Assembly (NCBI GenBank): GCA_964402125.1
Contig: CAYOBH010000004.1
Span: 1-45,791 of the forward strand
Direction: 5' to 3'
DNA: 45,791 bases
Origin: an uncultured Verrucomicrobiota bacterium
GTDB taxonomy: Bacteria > Verrucomicrobiota > Kiritimatiellia > Kiritimatiellales > Pontiellaceae
Below, in pieces: positions 33,552-44,034 of this stretch; the stretch's first letter is position 1, and every line of letters starts with the position of its first letter. Below the pieces are notes generated by a model. It was not told where the DNA came from, searched no databases, and was given only the letters and a program-made list of their open reading frames with translations. The position numbers were made by a program, and so were the translations under genes.

Positions 33552-36536
33552 TTATTTTTGGAGCCGCTGTTCGGCTTTCTGGATATATTCAGCAATGAAT
33601 GGCGCACGCTCTTCGCTGTTGAGATATTGATCGGCCATCATTTCCTGAAGAATACTCTGTGCCTGTGCAGATTCTCCCTGCTCTACAAGACAATCCGCCG
33701 CGCCGAGATAGGCCATCGCCGCCCAGATGCCGTTATCATACGCCTTGCACTGCATATAGGTGCGCTTGTACCAGCCGAGCGCCTGACCAAATTCTCCTTG
33801 CCGAAACAGAGTTCGACCGATTCCACAGTACGCTTCGCCCATATATTCATTACGCCACTGCGGCACACTCGAAATCAACTTAAAGGCCTCTTCTGCCTCT
33901 TTACTTCGACCCAACTGATCGAGCGCATTGGCCTTGAAAATCTGTGACCAGCCCACTTCCGGCACCGGACCAAACAGATTCTGAACGGCACCAACAGAAA
34001 CCAGCACGTCTTCATACTGCTTCAGCTCCATCTGCGCCGTAACCCGTGCCCGATAAGCGTGCCAAACCAGATCCGACTCTTCAAAGTTGGAAATAAAATA
34101 ATTGGCGTAGTTGGTCATCTTTTCCAAATCATTGGCTTCAACGGCAGCATCACACATCAGATAGAGCGGGCCGGGCGAAGTAACGGTCAGATCGTTAACC
34201 GTACTGACCAACAGGTCGGAGTAACTCTTCAGACTCTCCTCCCCCTGCAGGAGCGCACGAGTGAGCTGCCAGCGAAGTGCAAGAACTTCCATATCGGCAC
34301 TCCGCGCATCATCCAGCTTCAGGCGCACCAGCTGTATCCAAGAATTTCGGGTCGATGCATCCTTCTGGCTCTCCACAAGGCCAACCATCTCCATAATGAT
34401 TTTATCGACGCCCAGTTGGTCGGGGAAATTGCCGTAGTCCGCAATCGCCCCCATATACGCATTGAATGCTTTTTCAACCTCATCCTGCCGAAGGTAAGCC
34501 TGTCCAATCCAGTATTGCGCCTCTGCCAAGTCCGCCTGGACGCCCCACTTGGCTTTATACTGCTCCATGCGTGCGATAATTTCATCCCACTTTGATTCCA
34601 ACTGATAGGCTTCCGCCGAACGTTTCGCAGGATAGAGCGCCTGCAGCGGCGTGTTAGACGTTTTGATCGCAGCGTCATAATCTTCCTGCGCCAGGTCCAG
34701 CGGATGGGGGCCCTTTTCGGTCGGCTCTTTTGCCACACGAATATCGCCGCGCATGCTGTACGCCTCAGACCGAACCGAGCTCTGCTCATAATTATCGATC
34801 AAATAGGTAAAGGTTTCTTCGGCGCCCTTGGTATCTTCCACCGTCTCTGAAAGCGCGTACTGACAAACCCCTTTTCGGAAAATGGCTTCATCCACCAAGT
34901 CGCCCTCTTCATACTCATAGAGATATTGTTCAAAATCGGAGAGCGCTTCCGCAAATTTACCCTGCAGCATGTAGCCCATACCACGGTAGTACAATGCATA
35001 CGAACGATTCGAAAAATCAAAATCCTCTACTACATATCCGGACTCATCACAAAGGCCATCCACAAAAACGCCGAATTGTTCACAGGCATCCGCATTTTGC
35101 TGCGTCTGTAGGTAAGCCAACCCCAGCATGTAGTAAAGGTTTGCTTTAGCCATGCGTTTGTTTGGATCCGCAGCGTTGATCTCCAGTCCTTCAATATACT
35201 TACGCAGGGAGATGACCGCTCCAAAATTATTGCGGGTCAGATTATTTCCAATCATCAACTGCAGATATTCACGTTGAAACATCCCCTCGGTGCCCGCGTC
35301 TGTCCATTCATTGAGATAATCCATTATGCGCTGCTCCGCACGGTCAAATTCGTTCAGATTATAAAGTGCTGCGGCGGCATAATAGCCTCCCGCCTCACCA
35401 ATCTTGATTTTAAGCTCTTTTGCTTTTGCAGCCTCATCCTCCTCATCAAATTCTTCCCGTTGATCTGCAGGTATATAGCATCGGTCAAAAACGCGTTTAA
35501 ATGCAACATAACCTTCCCAATAGCGCTTAATCTCCTCTGAAGCGTAGATTTCACCGATGGACAGATCAACATGGTCTTCATACGGATCCATGTTGTTCAG
35601 CTGTTCAATCGACGCGTCGAGACTCTCCACTTCGCGCTCATACTCCTTTTTCTCAAAGGGCTGAAGCTCTACACCGTTAATCTTCCGTTGTAGCGCCGCC
35701 TTTTTCTTCTCGGAAAAAGCAATCAGCTCCTCACGAGGCAGCACCATGCGATAGAGGTAAAGCGCATTCAGCAGATTATCTTTCCCCCCTGAAGCATAGA
35801 GGCCTTCAGCACCCAACATCATCGTGATATTCAGTGTAATGTCGTACCGACAATCCGAACTTGCCACCCGACGTACCCACGCAAAAAGATTGGACCAATT
35901 CTCTGTTTCGACCAGTGCACGCGCCACCATAATCTGACACTTCTGCCGAACCCGGTCGTCGTCGGTATTCCGCTCAGCGTAAAGGAGCGGATCAATCGAT
36001 TCCTCCCACATTTCCTTCAAAAAATAGGCCTGTCCGATCAGCAGGTTAATATTATATTCATCATCAGGCGTCATCTCAGGATCCGAACGGATACGAGATG
36101 CGTATTCGATGATTTTATCCCAATCCTCCGTCTCAAAAAAGGCCTGAGCCATCATGCGCAACGCCAGACGCTCATTCGGACGCGGGTCGTTTTCCATATA
36201 TTCTTCAACCAGCGCGACGCCTTCATCCGTCTGGCCCAACTGATAATAAACCCGGGCAAGCTCAAGCCGGCATTCCTGAGTCGTCCGTTTCTCATTATCG
36301 CCCGTAACCGTTTTCAGTTCATCGATAACCTCCTGCAGGGGCTCAATCGCGCGCTCATAATCCCCTCTCTCCAGCATTTGTCTGGCATAATCGTAGATCT
36401 CCGTAACCTTCATCGTCTTGAAATTAGGAGCCTTTTGCCCGTTCGCAGTGCCGCAGAAAACAAACAGTGCAACCGCAAAAAACGACACGGAGCGTATGCA
36501 ACCTCGTTTAAAAAATCTCATGAAATTACCCCTCAT
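33552..36536 (-). CDS. Large secreted tetratricopeptide-repeat protein (~990 aa)
   Basis: Signal peptide; many TPR units (ALYYRGMGYMLQGKFAEA, AIFRKGVCQY, AQYWIGQAY, AYCGIGRTLFRQGEF). Confidence 0.85.
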   Translation of the reverse strand: MRGNFMRFFKRGCIRSVSFFAVALFVFCGTANGQKAPNFKTMKVTEIYDYARQMLERGDYERAIEPLQEVIDELKTVTGDNEKRTTQECRLELARVYYQLGQTDEGVALVEEYMENDPRPNERLALRMMAQAFFETEDWDKIIEYASRIRSDPEMTPDDEYNINLLIGQAYFLKEMWEESIDPLLYAERNTDDDRVRQKCQIMVARALVETENWSNLFAWVRRVASSDCRYDITLNITMMLGAEGLYASGGKDNLLNALYLYRMVLPREELIAFSEKKKAALQRKINGVELQPFEKKEYEREVESLDASIEQLNNMDPYEDHVDLSIGEIYASEEIKRYWEGYVAFKRVFDRCYIPADQREEFDEEDEAAKAKELKIKIGEAGGYYAAAALYNLNEFDRAEQRIMDYLNEWTDAGTEGMFQREYLQLMIGNNLTRNNFGAVISLRKYIEGLEINAADPNKRMAKANLYYMLGLAYLQTQQNADACEQFGVFVDGLCDESGYVVEDFDFSNRSYALYYRGMGYMLQGKFAEALSDFEQYLYEYEEGDLVDEAIFRKGVCQYALSETVEDTKGAEETFTYLIDNYEQSSVRSEAYSMRGDIRVAKEPTEKGPHPLDLAQEDYDAAIKTSNTPLQALYPAKRSAEAYQLESKWDEIIARMEQYKAKWGVQADLAEAQYWIGQAYLRQDEVEKAFNAYMGAIADYGNFPDQLGVDKIIMEMVGLVESQKDASTRNSWIQLVRLKLDDARSADMEVLALRWQLTRALLQGEESLKSYSDLLVSTVNDLTVTSPGPLYLMCDAAVEANDLEKMTNYANYFISNFEESDLVWHAYRARVTAQMELKQYEDVLVSVGAVQNLFGPVPEVGWSQIFKANALDQLGRSKEAEEAFKLISSVPQWRNEYMGEAYCGIGRTLFRQGEFGQALGWYKRTYMQCKAYDNGIWAAMAYLGAADCLVEQGESAQAQSILQEMMADQYLNSEERAPFIAEYIQKAEQRLQK

Positions 36537-36704
36537 TACTCAGCAAAAAATCAAGCTGTATTGCCATGACCGGCAACCGGAACTGCGCCGAAGCAAAGCT
36601 ACACGAGACAAGTTAATGGCTGACACGACAAACGCAAGTCTATTTCATTAGACATTCGGCGCCAAAAATCCCCATTTTCGGCCAGCTTAATAACAAATGA
36701 ACCC

Positions 36705-37949
36705 TTATCGCCCTTCATAGAGTATATCTGCGGAAATCTCCGCCTCCGCATCAGACTCCAACACACGCTCTCCAACCAACTTGATGGCCAAATCCCCCAA
36801 CGGTGCTGTAAAAAAAATGCTCAAAACCGAAACGGCTAAGATAACTTCTCCCGGACGTTGATCCATCCCCAGTGCCGCCATCGCCCCCAGCGGTACAGCA
36901 CCCATCGCCGCCTGAACCGTTGCCTTGGGCCAATACGCCACCACGGAAAACAACCGCTCTCGAAAATTCAGAGGACTCCGCAGCAGTGCCAGCAGCACAC
37001 CGGCGCTGCGTGCAACCAATCCACATATAATTAATCCCAAACCGGCAAACCCCGTCTTTAATGCAAACGAAACATCCACTTTTGCCCCAACCAAGGTGAA
37101 GAGCATAATCGACGCAAAAACCCACACCTTCGAAAGTTTTGAGGAGATTTCATGCGCCATCTGTTCGCGTCGCTCAAGAATGATAAACCCAATCGCCATT
37201 ACGGCCAGTAAAGCGGGAAAAGGAATGGCATAAACCTTCAAAATTTCCTGCACCTGAAACAGCAGAATAGAAACACCCAGCACCACCATCGTCCGTTTGG
37301 TAGCCCGAGGATTAAAACGCTCAAAAATCTTCAGCAAAACCCAACCCAACCCAAACCCAACCCCAATACCCAAAATGATCGAGACCGGAATCCCGGAAAT
37401 TTTAAGAAAAAGATGATCGGAAGACCCCGTGTAGAATCCGAGAAATACAGAAAAAACAAAAATCGCAAACACGTTTTCCAGCGAGGACGCCGCCAGAATC
37501 ATCGTTGGAATCCCTTTCTTTACACCCATTTTCCGCCCCATGAAACCGATCATCATCGGCACCACGACCGCCGGAGAAACCGCCGCAATAATGAATCCCA
37601 GCATCGCTGACTCCAAGTGGGTAAGCGGGAGAAAAAGGGGCCCCAAAAGAGCGATCGTTCCGCCCTCAAGAATTCCGGGAATAAACGTCATCAGGAGCGC
37701 CTGAACGCCGACGCGATTGAGGGTTTCACGGTTTAACTGAAACCCAGCGCGAAGGAGAATAATAATCAGCGCAATATTCCGCAGATCGGCGGAGGCATCA
37801 AGAAATCCCGGTTCCAGCAGATTCAGCACATAGGGTCCGAACAAAACACCCACCAGCAACATACCCAGCAGACCCGGCATCCGCATCCTGCAAAAAACCC
37901 AATCTGCCAGCAATCCCAGCAATATCATCTCTGCAATACCCAGTGCCAC
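36705..37949 (-). CDS. Cation:proton antiporter, NHA/SLC9B-like
   Basis: About 12-13 TM segments; motifs IILLRAG, AVSPAVVVP, KGIPT and PKATVQAA; GTG start after AGGAG. Confidence 0.88.
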   Translation of the reverse strand: MALGIAEMILLGLLADWVFCRMRMPGLLGMLLVGVLFGPYVLNLLEPGFLDASADLRNIALIIILLRAGFQLNRETLNRVGVQALLMTFIPGILEGGTIALLGPLFLPLTHLESAMLGFIIAAVSPAVVVPMMIGFMGRKMGVKKGIPTMILAASSLENVFAIFVFSVFLGFYTGSSDHLFLKISGIPVSIILGIGVGFGLGWVLLKIFERFNPRATKRTMVVLGVSILLFQVQEILKVYAIPFPALLAVMAIGFIILERREQMAHEISSKLSKVWVFASIMLFTLVGAKVDVSFALKTGFAGLGLIICGLVARSAGVLLALLRSPLNFRERLFSVVAYWPKATVQAAMGAVPLGAMAALGMDQRPGEVILAVSVLSIFFTAPLGDLAIKLVGERVLESDAEAEISADILYEGR

Positions 37950-38011
37950 GCCGATTCTCCTTTAAAACGCGGGACCATACTGTATTCAGCCGAACTTGAA
38001 AAGCGGGAAAG

Positions 38012-38037
38012 AAAAAGGCGCCCTTTTCAGGACGCCT
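38012..38037 (-). terminator. Rho-independent terminator of the fab operon
   Basis: Minus strand GGCGTCCT-GAAA-AGGGCGCC-TTTTT after fabF. Confidence 0.8.
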
Positions 38038-38063
38038 CGGTTTTCCCCCTCAACACGTAGACC

Positions 38064-39311
38064 CTATTTGATCTTCGTAAAGCAGAGCGTGGCATTATGG
38101 CCGCCAAAGCCGAGCGAATTGCTCAATGCCACATCAATGTTCATTTTGCGTGCGACGTTCGGAACATAGTCCAGATCACAGTCTGGATCCGGCGTTGTAT
38201 AATTGATCGTCGGCGGCGCAATGCCGTCACGAATCGCCAGCGCTATAATGGCCGCTTCCACTCCGCCGGCGGCACCCAGCATATGACCCGTCATCGATTT
38301 AGTGGAGCTGACGGCAACCTTATAAGCCAGCTCTTCGCCCAGCGCTTTTTTGATCGCCAGCGTTTCACCCTTATCATTCATCGGTGTGCTGGTTCCATGC
38401 GCATTGATGTAGTCCACGTCTTCCGGTTTCAGCCCTGCGTCGGCAATCGCCAACGATATCCCGCGCGCAGCTTCATTCGCTTCCCCATCAGGCGCAGTAA
38501 TATGATAAGCATCGCCCGTGCGTCCGTAGCCGGAGGCGTTGCAGTAAATCTTTGCCCCGCGCTTCAGTGCATGCTCTTTTTCTTCCAAAACCAGAATTCC
38601 GGAACCCTCGGACATCACAAAACCGTCACGATCTTTATCGAACGGGCGGGACGCGCCCTTCGGATCGTCGTTCCGACGACTGGTGGCACGCAGCGCAGCA
38701 AAACCCTGAACACCCAGCATCGCAATCGATGCTTCCGCACCACCGGCAACCATCACGTCGGCGTCGCCGTATTGAATAATGCGCATCGCTTCGCCGATCG
38801 AATGCGACCCCGAAGCACAGGCGCTGGTTACACAAAAGTTGGGCCCTTTAAATCCGTAGCGGATCGAAATATAGCCCGAAAGAATATTGGTGATCATCTG
38901 GGGAATCAGCTGAGGAGAAATCCAACGATGCCCTTTTTCGTAGGCTTTCAGACATTCATTCTGCATAAACTGCATTCCGCCGATACCCGAACTGGCAATC
39001 ACACCGACGCGCTGTAGGTCGAGCGCATCAAAATCAAAATTGGCATCGTCCACCGCCATGCAGGCAGCGACCATCCCATAGACCGAAAAAGGATCCATTT
39101 TGCGGGCATCTTTAAGCGAAATATATTTTTCCACGTCAAGATCTTTGATCTCCCCGCCGATCGTTACCGGATACTGATCAATATCGGGCATGCCTTTAAC
39201 ATGATCGATACCGGACTGGCCGGCTTTGATGCCTTCCCAGAACTTTTCGACCCCGTTCGCGATGGGAGAAACAATTCCCAATCCAGTTACTACCACTTCA
39301 CGCCCACTCAT
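38064..39311 (-). CDS. fabF: 3-oxoacyl-ACP synthase II
   Basis: Cys-His-His triad (SACASG, NAHGTST, GHMLGAAG); SNSLGFGGHN. Confidence 0.97.
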   Translation of the reverse strand: MSGREVVVTGLGIVSPIANGVEKFWEGIKAGQSGIDHVKGMPDIDQYPVTIGGEIKDLDVEKYISLKDARKMDPFSVYGMVAACMAVDDANFDFDALDLQRVGVIASSGIGGMQFMQNECLKAYEKGHRWISPQLIPQMITNILSGYISIRYGFKGPNFCVTSACASGSHSIGEAMRIIQYGDADVMVAGGAEASIAMLGVQGFAALRATSRRNDDPKGASRPFDKDRDGFVMSEGSGILVLEEKEHALKRGAKIYCNASGYGRTGDAYHITAPDGEANEAARGISLAIADAGLKPEDVDYINAHGTSTPMNDKGETLAIKKALGEELAYKVAVSSTKSMTGHMLGAAGGVEAAIIALAIRDGIAPPTINYTTPDPDCDLDYVPNVARKMNIDVALSNSLGFGGHNATLCFTKIK

Positions 39312-39336
39312 AATCCGATCCTCTATAAATCAGTGA

Positions 39337-39373
39337 AATGGCCGGGAACAGCCCTAGAGCAATCCCGGCCATT
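39337..39373 (-). other. Stem-loop between acpP and fabF (mRNA stabiliser or partial terminator)
   Basis: 11-bp perfect inverted repeat AATGGCCGGGA/TCCCGGCCATT. Confidence 0.6.
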
Positions 39374-39394
39374 GAAACAACTCAAGTTAAAGGC

Positions 39395-39631
39395 TTACTC
39401 GAAACCCTTTTCCCTCAAGTAGCTTACAACGCCGCCGACGGAAGTGAGCTTTTCTGCGTCTTCGTCCGGAATTTCAGCACCGAACTCTTCTTCGAAAGCC
39501 ATTACCAGCTCGACGGTGTCGAGTGAATCCGCGCCGAGATCTTCGATGAAGGAAGCGTCGGAAGTGACTTGATCTGCGTTCACGCCGAGTTGTTCGACGA
39601 TGATATCTTTTACTTTATCTTCAAGTGACAT
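39395..39631 (-). CDS. acpP: Acyl carrier protein
   Basis: [14 protein letters not shown] phosphopantetheine site. Confidence 0.98.
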   Translation of the reverse strand: MSLEDKVKDIIVEQLGVNADQVTSDASFIEDLGADSLDTVELVMAFEEEFGAEIPDEDAEKLTSVGGVVSYLREKGFE

Positions 39632-39666
39632 TATATTCTCCTTATTCCTAGGTTTTCACTTACAAA

Positions 39667-40416
39667 CTACATGACCATTCCGCCGCATGTCGAGAGCACC
39701 TGCCCTGTAACATACGCAGATGCGTCACTTGCCAAAAATAGAACGACGTTAGCAACATCTTCCGGCTCGCCGAAACGGCCCAGCGGAATCAATTCCTTCA
39801 TCTTACCCTGGACCTCTTCGTCCAGCTTGTCGGTCATTGCCGTACGGATAAATCCGGGCGCAACCGCGTTGCAGCGCACATTGCGCGAGGCCAGCTCCTT
39901 CGCCACCGTCTTGCTGAAGGAAATGACGCCGCCTTTGGAAGCCGCATAGTTCGCTTGGCCCGCATTGCCCATCAGACCGATCACGGAAGCAATATTCACG
40001 ATGGTGCCCGAGCGACGCTTCATCATGCCGCGCGTGGCGGCCTTTGTGCAGAGGAAAACCCCTTTGAGGTTCACGTCGAGGACCGCATCCCAATCCTCTT
40101 CGCTCATGCGCATCAGCAGGCCGTCTTTTGTGATACCGGCATTGTTCACGAGTACATCAATCTTTTCAAAATCTTTTTCAATGGCCTTAATCCCGGCGGC
40201 AACACTTTCGCCGTCCGCCACATTCACGCCATACATTTCAGCGCGGCGACCGAGTGCCCGCACTTTGCCGGCGGTTTCTTCAAGCCACTCTGCCTTGAGA
40301 TCGCAGAGCGCCACATCGGCACCCGCCTCCGCCAACTTTACGGCAATCGCCTGTCCAAGACCTCGGGCGGCCCCCGTCACTACTGCAACCTTGTCGTTCA
40401 AATTAAACATAGACAT
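39667..40416 (-). CDS. fabG: 3-oxoacyl-ACP reductase
   Basis: Motifs [22 protein letters not shown] and PGFI; operon context. Confidence 0.97.
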   Translation of the reverse strand: MSMFNLNDKVAVVTGAARGLGQAIAVKLAEAGADVALCDLKAEWLEETAGKVRALGRRAEMYGVNVADGESVAAGIKAIEKDFEKIDVLVNNAGITKDGLLMRMSEEDWDAVLDVNLKGVFLCTKAATRGMMKRRSGTIVNIASVIGLMGNAGQANYAASKGGVISFSKTVAKELASRNVRCNAVAPGFIRTAMTDKLDEEVQGKMKELIPLGRFGEPEDVANVVLFLASDASAYVTGQVLSTCGGMVM

Positions 40417-40419
40417 CCC

Positions 40420-41322
40420 TTATTGATTTTCAACATCTTCAAGTGTTCCCATGTTACGGACGATTACATCCTTGTCAATCCGCTTTATGAGACCTGCCAA
40501 AACCTTATTCGGGCCGCACTCAATGATTTCTTTCACACCGTCAGCAATCAACTTCTGAATGGAAGCCACCCACTGTACAGAAGAGGTGATCTGTTTTACC
40601 ATATTTTCGGCAATCTGATCTACAGCGTGCACATCGGCAGTGACATTAGAGAGCACCGGTAACGCAGGAACACCCAGCTCAACCTCATTCAAAAATGCCT
40701 TCATTTGATCTGCAGCGGACTGCATCAGCGGCGAATGGAATGCACCGGCCACCGGAAGACGTACCGTGCGGCGCGCACCCGCTTCCTTCAGTAAAACTTC
40801 GGCACGATCGATCGATTCGGCCGTACCGGAGAGCACCGTCTGTGCCGGCGAATTAAAGTTGGCCACATAACAGCCCGCCTTCTCCGCAACATCGACTAAA
40901 ACGGCGCCGTCCATATTCATCACTGCCAACATGGCGCCGGGGTTTGCTTGAGCGGCGGCCTGCATAAACTCGCCGCGGGCTTTCAAAATTTTAATCGTCT
41001 GCTCAAAACTGACCACGCCGGCGGCATAGAGCGCTGTCCACTCACCGAGACTGTGCCCAGCCACCACGTCAAACGCCAACGATTGCTTCAGCTCCATCGC
41101 CTTAAGTGCCGCCGCGCTGGTAACAAAAATACCCAGCTGCGCATGATTCGACTTGTTGAGTTCCTCCTGAGGACCTTCAAAACAGATGGATGCCAGATCG
41201 CAGCCGAGAAGTTCGTTGGCCCGATTAAACAGCGCCTTGCACTCAGGAATCGCCTCGGCCAGATCCTTTCCCATACCGACAACCTGCGATCCCTGCCCTG
41301 GAAAAACGATTGCTCTTTTCAT
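40420..41322 (-). CDS. fabD: Malonyl-CoA:ACP transacylase
   Basis: Motifs FPGQGSQ, GHSLGE and AFHSPLM; the ATG overlaps the fabH stop (TAATG). Confidence 0.96.
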   Translation of the reverse strand: MKRAIVFPGQGSQVVGMGKDLAEAIPECKALFNRANELLGCDLASICFEGPQEELNKSNHAQLGIFVTSAAALKAMELKQSLAFDVVAGHSLGEWTALYAAGVVSFEQTIKILKARGEFMQAAAQANPGAMLAVMNMDGAVLVDVAEKAGCYVANFNSPAQTVLSGTAESIDRAEVLLKEAGARRTVRLPVAGAFHSPLMQSAADQMKAFLNEVELGVPALPVLSNVTADVHAVDQIAENMVKQITSSVQWVASIQKLIADGVKEIIECGPNKVLAGLIKRIDKDVIVRNMGTLEDVENQ

Positions 41323-42314
41323 TATTTCCCCCACTCCAATACGTTGGCACCCCACGTAAATCCGCCGCCAAACACGGCCAGCACAACGAGGTCACCCTTC
41401 TGTATGGTTCCGTCCTTCACGGCTTCGTCCAGCGCAATCGCCAACGCGGCGGAAGAGGTGTTTGCATATTTATCGACGTTCACATACATGCGGTCACCCA
41501 CGCCGAGTTTTTTTGAAATCGCATCGATGATGCGGATATTCGCCTGATGCGGAATAAAACATTTAATCTCGTCGGTCGAGAGACCATTTTTTTCGAGCGC
41601 CGAAACCACCGCATCGGTCATGCGCTTTACGGCATGCTTAAAAACTTCGCGCCCCTGCATCTGCAGATACTGCATTCTCTGATCCAGCATTTGATGCGTC
41701 ATCGGATTGCGGCTCCCGCCGCCGGGCGTTGAAAGCAGATGCGCGAGCGATCCATCGGAGCCCATCACGGACTCCATCACGCCGCGGCCTTCACCGCCGG
41801 AACGCAACACCGCCGCCCCTGCACCGTCGCCGAAAAGGATACAGGTCGTTCGATCTTCCCAATCCAAGAACGTACTCATCTTCTCGGAACCGATCACCAG
41901 CGCGGTTTCCACCGCACCGCAGGCAATCTGTGCACGAGCGGTTTCCAAGGCATAAAGAAACCCGGAGCATGCAGCACCGAGGTCATAACAGTAGGCATTC
42001 TTTGCCCCGATCCTTTCCTGCACAAAACAGGCGGTACTCGGGAAAAACATATCGGGCGAGAGTGTGGCCACAATCAGCAGATCAATCTCTTCCGCGTCGA
42101 CCCCAGCATCAGCCAGCGCCTTTTTCGCCGCTTCTGTACCCAGATCGGAGGCCGCCTGTTCCGGCGCGGCAATATGGCGTTCGCGCATTCCGGTACGGCT
42201 GAAGATCCACTCATCGGAGGTATCTACAATTTTTTCAAGATCATGATTCGTCAGGACCTTTTCGGGAACGTAAGAGCCCGTTCCAATGATTGAAACTATC
42301 CGTTTACTATCCAT
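41322..42314 (-). CDS. fabH: 3-oxoacyl-ACP synthase III
   Basis: Motifs AACSGF, FGDGAGA, PHQANIRI, NTSSA and GGGFTWG. Confidence 0.97.
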   Translation of the reverse strand: MDSKRIVSIIGTGSYVPEKVLTNHDLEKIVDTSDEWIFSRTGMRERHIAAPEQAASDLGTEAAKKALADAGVDAEEIDLLIVATLSPDMFFPSTACFVQERIGAKNAYCYDLGAACSGFLYALETARAQIACGAVETALVIGSEKMSTFLDWEDRTTCILFGDGAGAAVLRSGGEGRGVMESVMGSDGSLAHLLSTPGGGSRNPMTHQMLDQRMQYLQMQGREVFKHAVKRMTDAVVSALEKNGLSTDEIKCFIPHQANIRIIDAISKKLGVGDRMYVNVDKYANTSSAALAIALDEAVKDGTIQKGDLVVLAVFGGGFTWGANVLEWGK

Positions 42315-42337
42315 GCAACCGTTCCGGGAAATAAAGA

Positions 42338-43360
42338 CTACACCTTTGAGACTACGCCTTTGTTAATACGCTCTAATTCAACTTCAATCAGATGGTTTAC
42401 ATTATGATTGATCGATTCGGAGGCCACGCGGATGCCGTTAAACGTGGCAAACGCATTGGAGGAACCGTGGCCGATAATGACCACTCCGTTGGCTCCTAAC
42501 AGCGGCGCACCGCCATAACCAGCCGGATCCGCATGCGACTTGAACTCTTTAAAAACACCCATCGCCAGCAACGCACCCAGCTTACGCAAGAAGTTGGCGC
42601 GAAACATCTGCTTCAGCCACGAGGAGATCATACTGGCAAGCGCTTCGCTGGTCTTCAGCACCACGTTACCCACAAATCCATCGCACACCGCCACATTTAC
42701 CTTGGCACCGAACAGATCGCGACTCTCCACATTTCCAATAAAGTTGAGGTGCGACTTACTTAACAGACTAAACGCCTTTTTCGTACTTTCGTTCCCCTTG
42801 CCCTCTTCTTCACCAATACTGAGCAGTCCGACACTCGGATTCTGAATCCCAATAATCTCGTGGGAATAAATACTCCCCATCACCGCAAACTGCATCAGCA
42901 TTTCCGGCGTACTGTCGGGATTGGCACCGGCATCAAGCAACACAAAGGGATTAGTCGGGGTCGGGAGAACCGTGGCAATTACCGGGCGATCCACACCCTT
43001 CAGCGTTCGCAGCTTCAGCGTAGCCGCCGCAACCGCAGCTCCGGTGTTTCCCGCCGAGAAAATCGCTTGCGCTCGACCATCCTTCACCATCTCAACGGCG
43101 CGCACGATCGAAGAATCCTTTTTACGGCGAATCGCCGTGGCAGGAGACTCTCCCATACCGACCACTTCGGAAGCATGAACAACCTCAATACAGGAGGGAA
43201 TTGGACCCTTATGTTTGTCCAATTCCGCCTTAATTGCTGTTTCGTCGCCGACCAGAAAGAGCTTTTCGATCCCTTCCAATCGTTCGGCCGCCTGAAGGGT
43301 TCCTGCAACGATTTCCTGCGGGGCATAATCGCCCCCCATCGCATCTATCGAGATACGCAT
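42338..43360 (-). CDS. plsX: Phosphate acyltransferase PlsX
   Basis: Motifs DAMGGD.AP, SAGNTGA, LDAGAN, DGFVGNVVLK and GHGSS. Confidence 0.97.
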   Translation of the reverse strand: MRISIDAMGGDYAPQEIVAGTLQAAERLEGIEKLFLVGDETAIKAELDKHKGPIPSCIEVVHASEVVGMGESPATAIRRKKDSSIVRAVEMVKDGRAQAIFSAGNTGAAVAAATLKLRTLKGVDRPVIATVLPTPTNPFVLLDAGANPDSTPEMLMQFAVMGSIYSHEIIGIQNPSVGLLSIGEEEGKGNESTKKAFSLLSKSHLNFIGNVESRDLFGAKVNVAVCDGFVGNVVLKTSEALASMISSWLKQMFRANFLRKLGALLAMGVFKEFKSHADPAGYGGAPLLGANGVVIIGHGSSNAFATFNGIRVASESINHNVNHLIEVELERINKGVVSKV

Positions 43361-43366
43361 GGTTTT

Positions 43367-43555
43367 TTACTCTTCGGAGGAAACCGACAAGACCTGCCGT
43401 CCGTTGTAATATCCACAACTCGTGCAGACGTGATGCGGCATTGCAGGTGCTCCGCATTGGGAGCAGGAAGAGGCGCGCGCAATCGGCTTCTTCGTGTTCT
43501 GAGCCTTACGGCTCGCGGTTTTACTCTTCGAAGTTTTTCTTTTTGGAACTGCCAT
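43367..43555 (-). CDS. rpmF: 50S ribosomal protein L32 (Zn-ribbon form)
   Basis: MAVPKRKTSKSK...CSQCG..PHHVCTSCGYYNGR; AGGAGG RBS. Confidence 0.97.
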   Translation of the reverse strand: MAVPKRKTSKSKTASRKAQNTKKPIARASSCSQCGAPAMPHHVCTSCGYYNGRQVLSVSSEE

Positions 43556-43572
43556 CGCAATCCTCCTTACAT

Positions 43573-44034
43573 CTATAAACTCATTCCATCCAGCGCCGAC
43601 CAAGGGCCTGGACTCGTGCTCTTTTTACACGTACAGGGTCCATCGTTCAGATTGACACCGCATTGGGAACAGATTCCCTTACAGTCCTCTCTGCACACGG
43701 CAAATCCCGGTACATGCAACAAAATTTCCTCCCGCAAATCCTCAGTAATATCGACCATATCGGTCCCCTCGGGGGCGGGGTAAGCGCGTAGAAAATCGGA
43801 AACCTCCACGGTTGTCGAGAAAATTTCAGAACATCTTGCACAACGCAATTCCACTTCTGAGTTTAGCGAGCCGCGCACTACCAGTTCTCCTGAAACTACC
43901 TGCGCATAAAGCACATAAAACACATCTCCGAACGATTTAATCACCGGATCGTTCTCCAGCTCTATAATCGATCCCGGCTCGCTCCCTTCATAGTGCGACC
44001 CCTCCTCCGGAATTCTGGCCACTAAAATTTTCAT
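43573..44034 (-). CDS. yceD: YceD/DUF177 family protein
   Basis: Motifs CARC and C.EDCKGICSQCGVNLN..C.C; canonical position upstream of rpmF. Confidence 0.9.
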   Translation of the reverse strand: MKILVARIPEEGSHYEGSEPGSIIELENDPVIKSFGDVFYVLYAQVVSGELVVRGSLNSEVELRCARCSEIFSTTVEVSDFLRAYPAPEGTDMVDITEDLREEILLHVPGFAVCREDCKGICSQCGVNLNDGPCTCKKSTSPGPWSALDGMSL

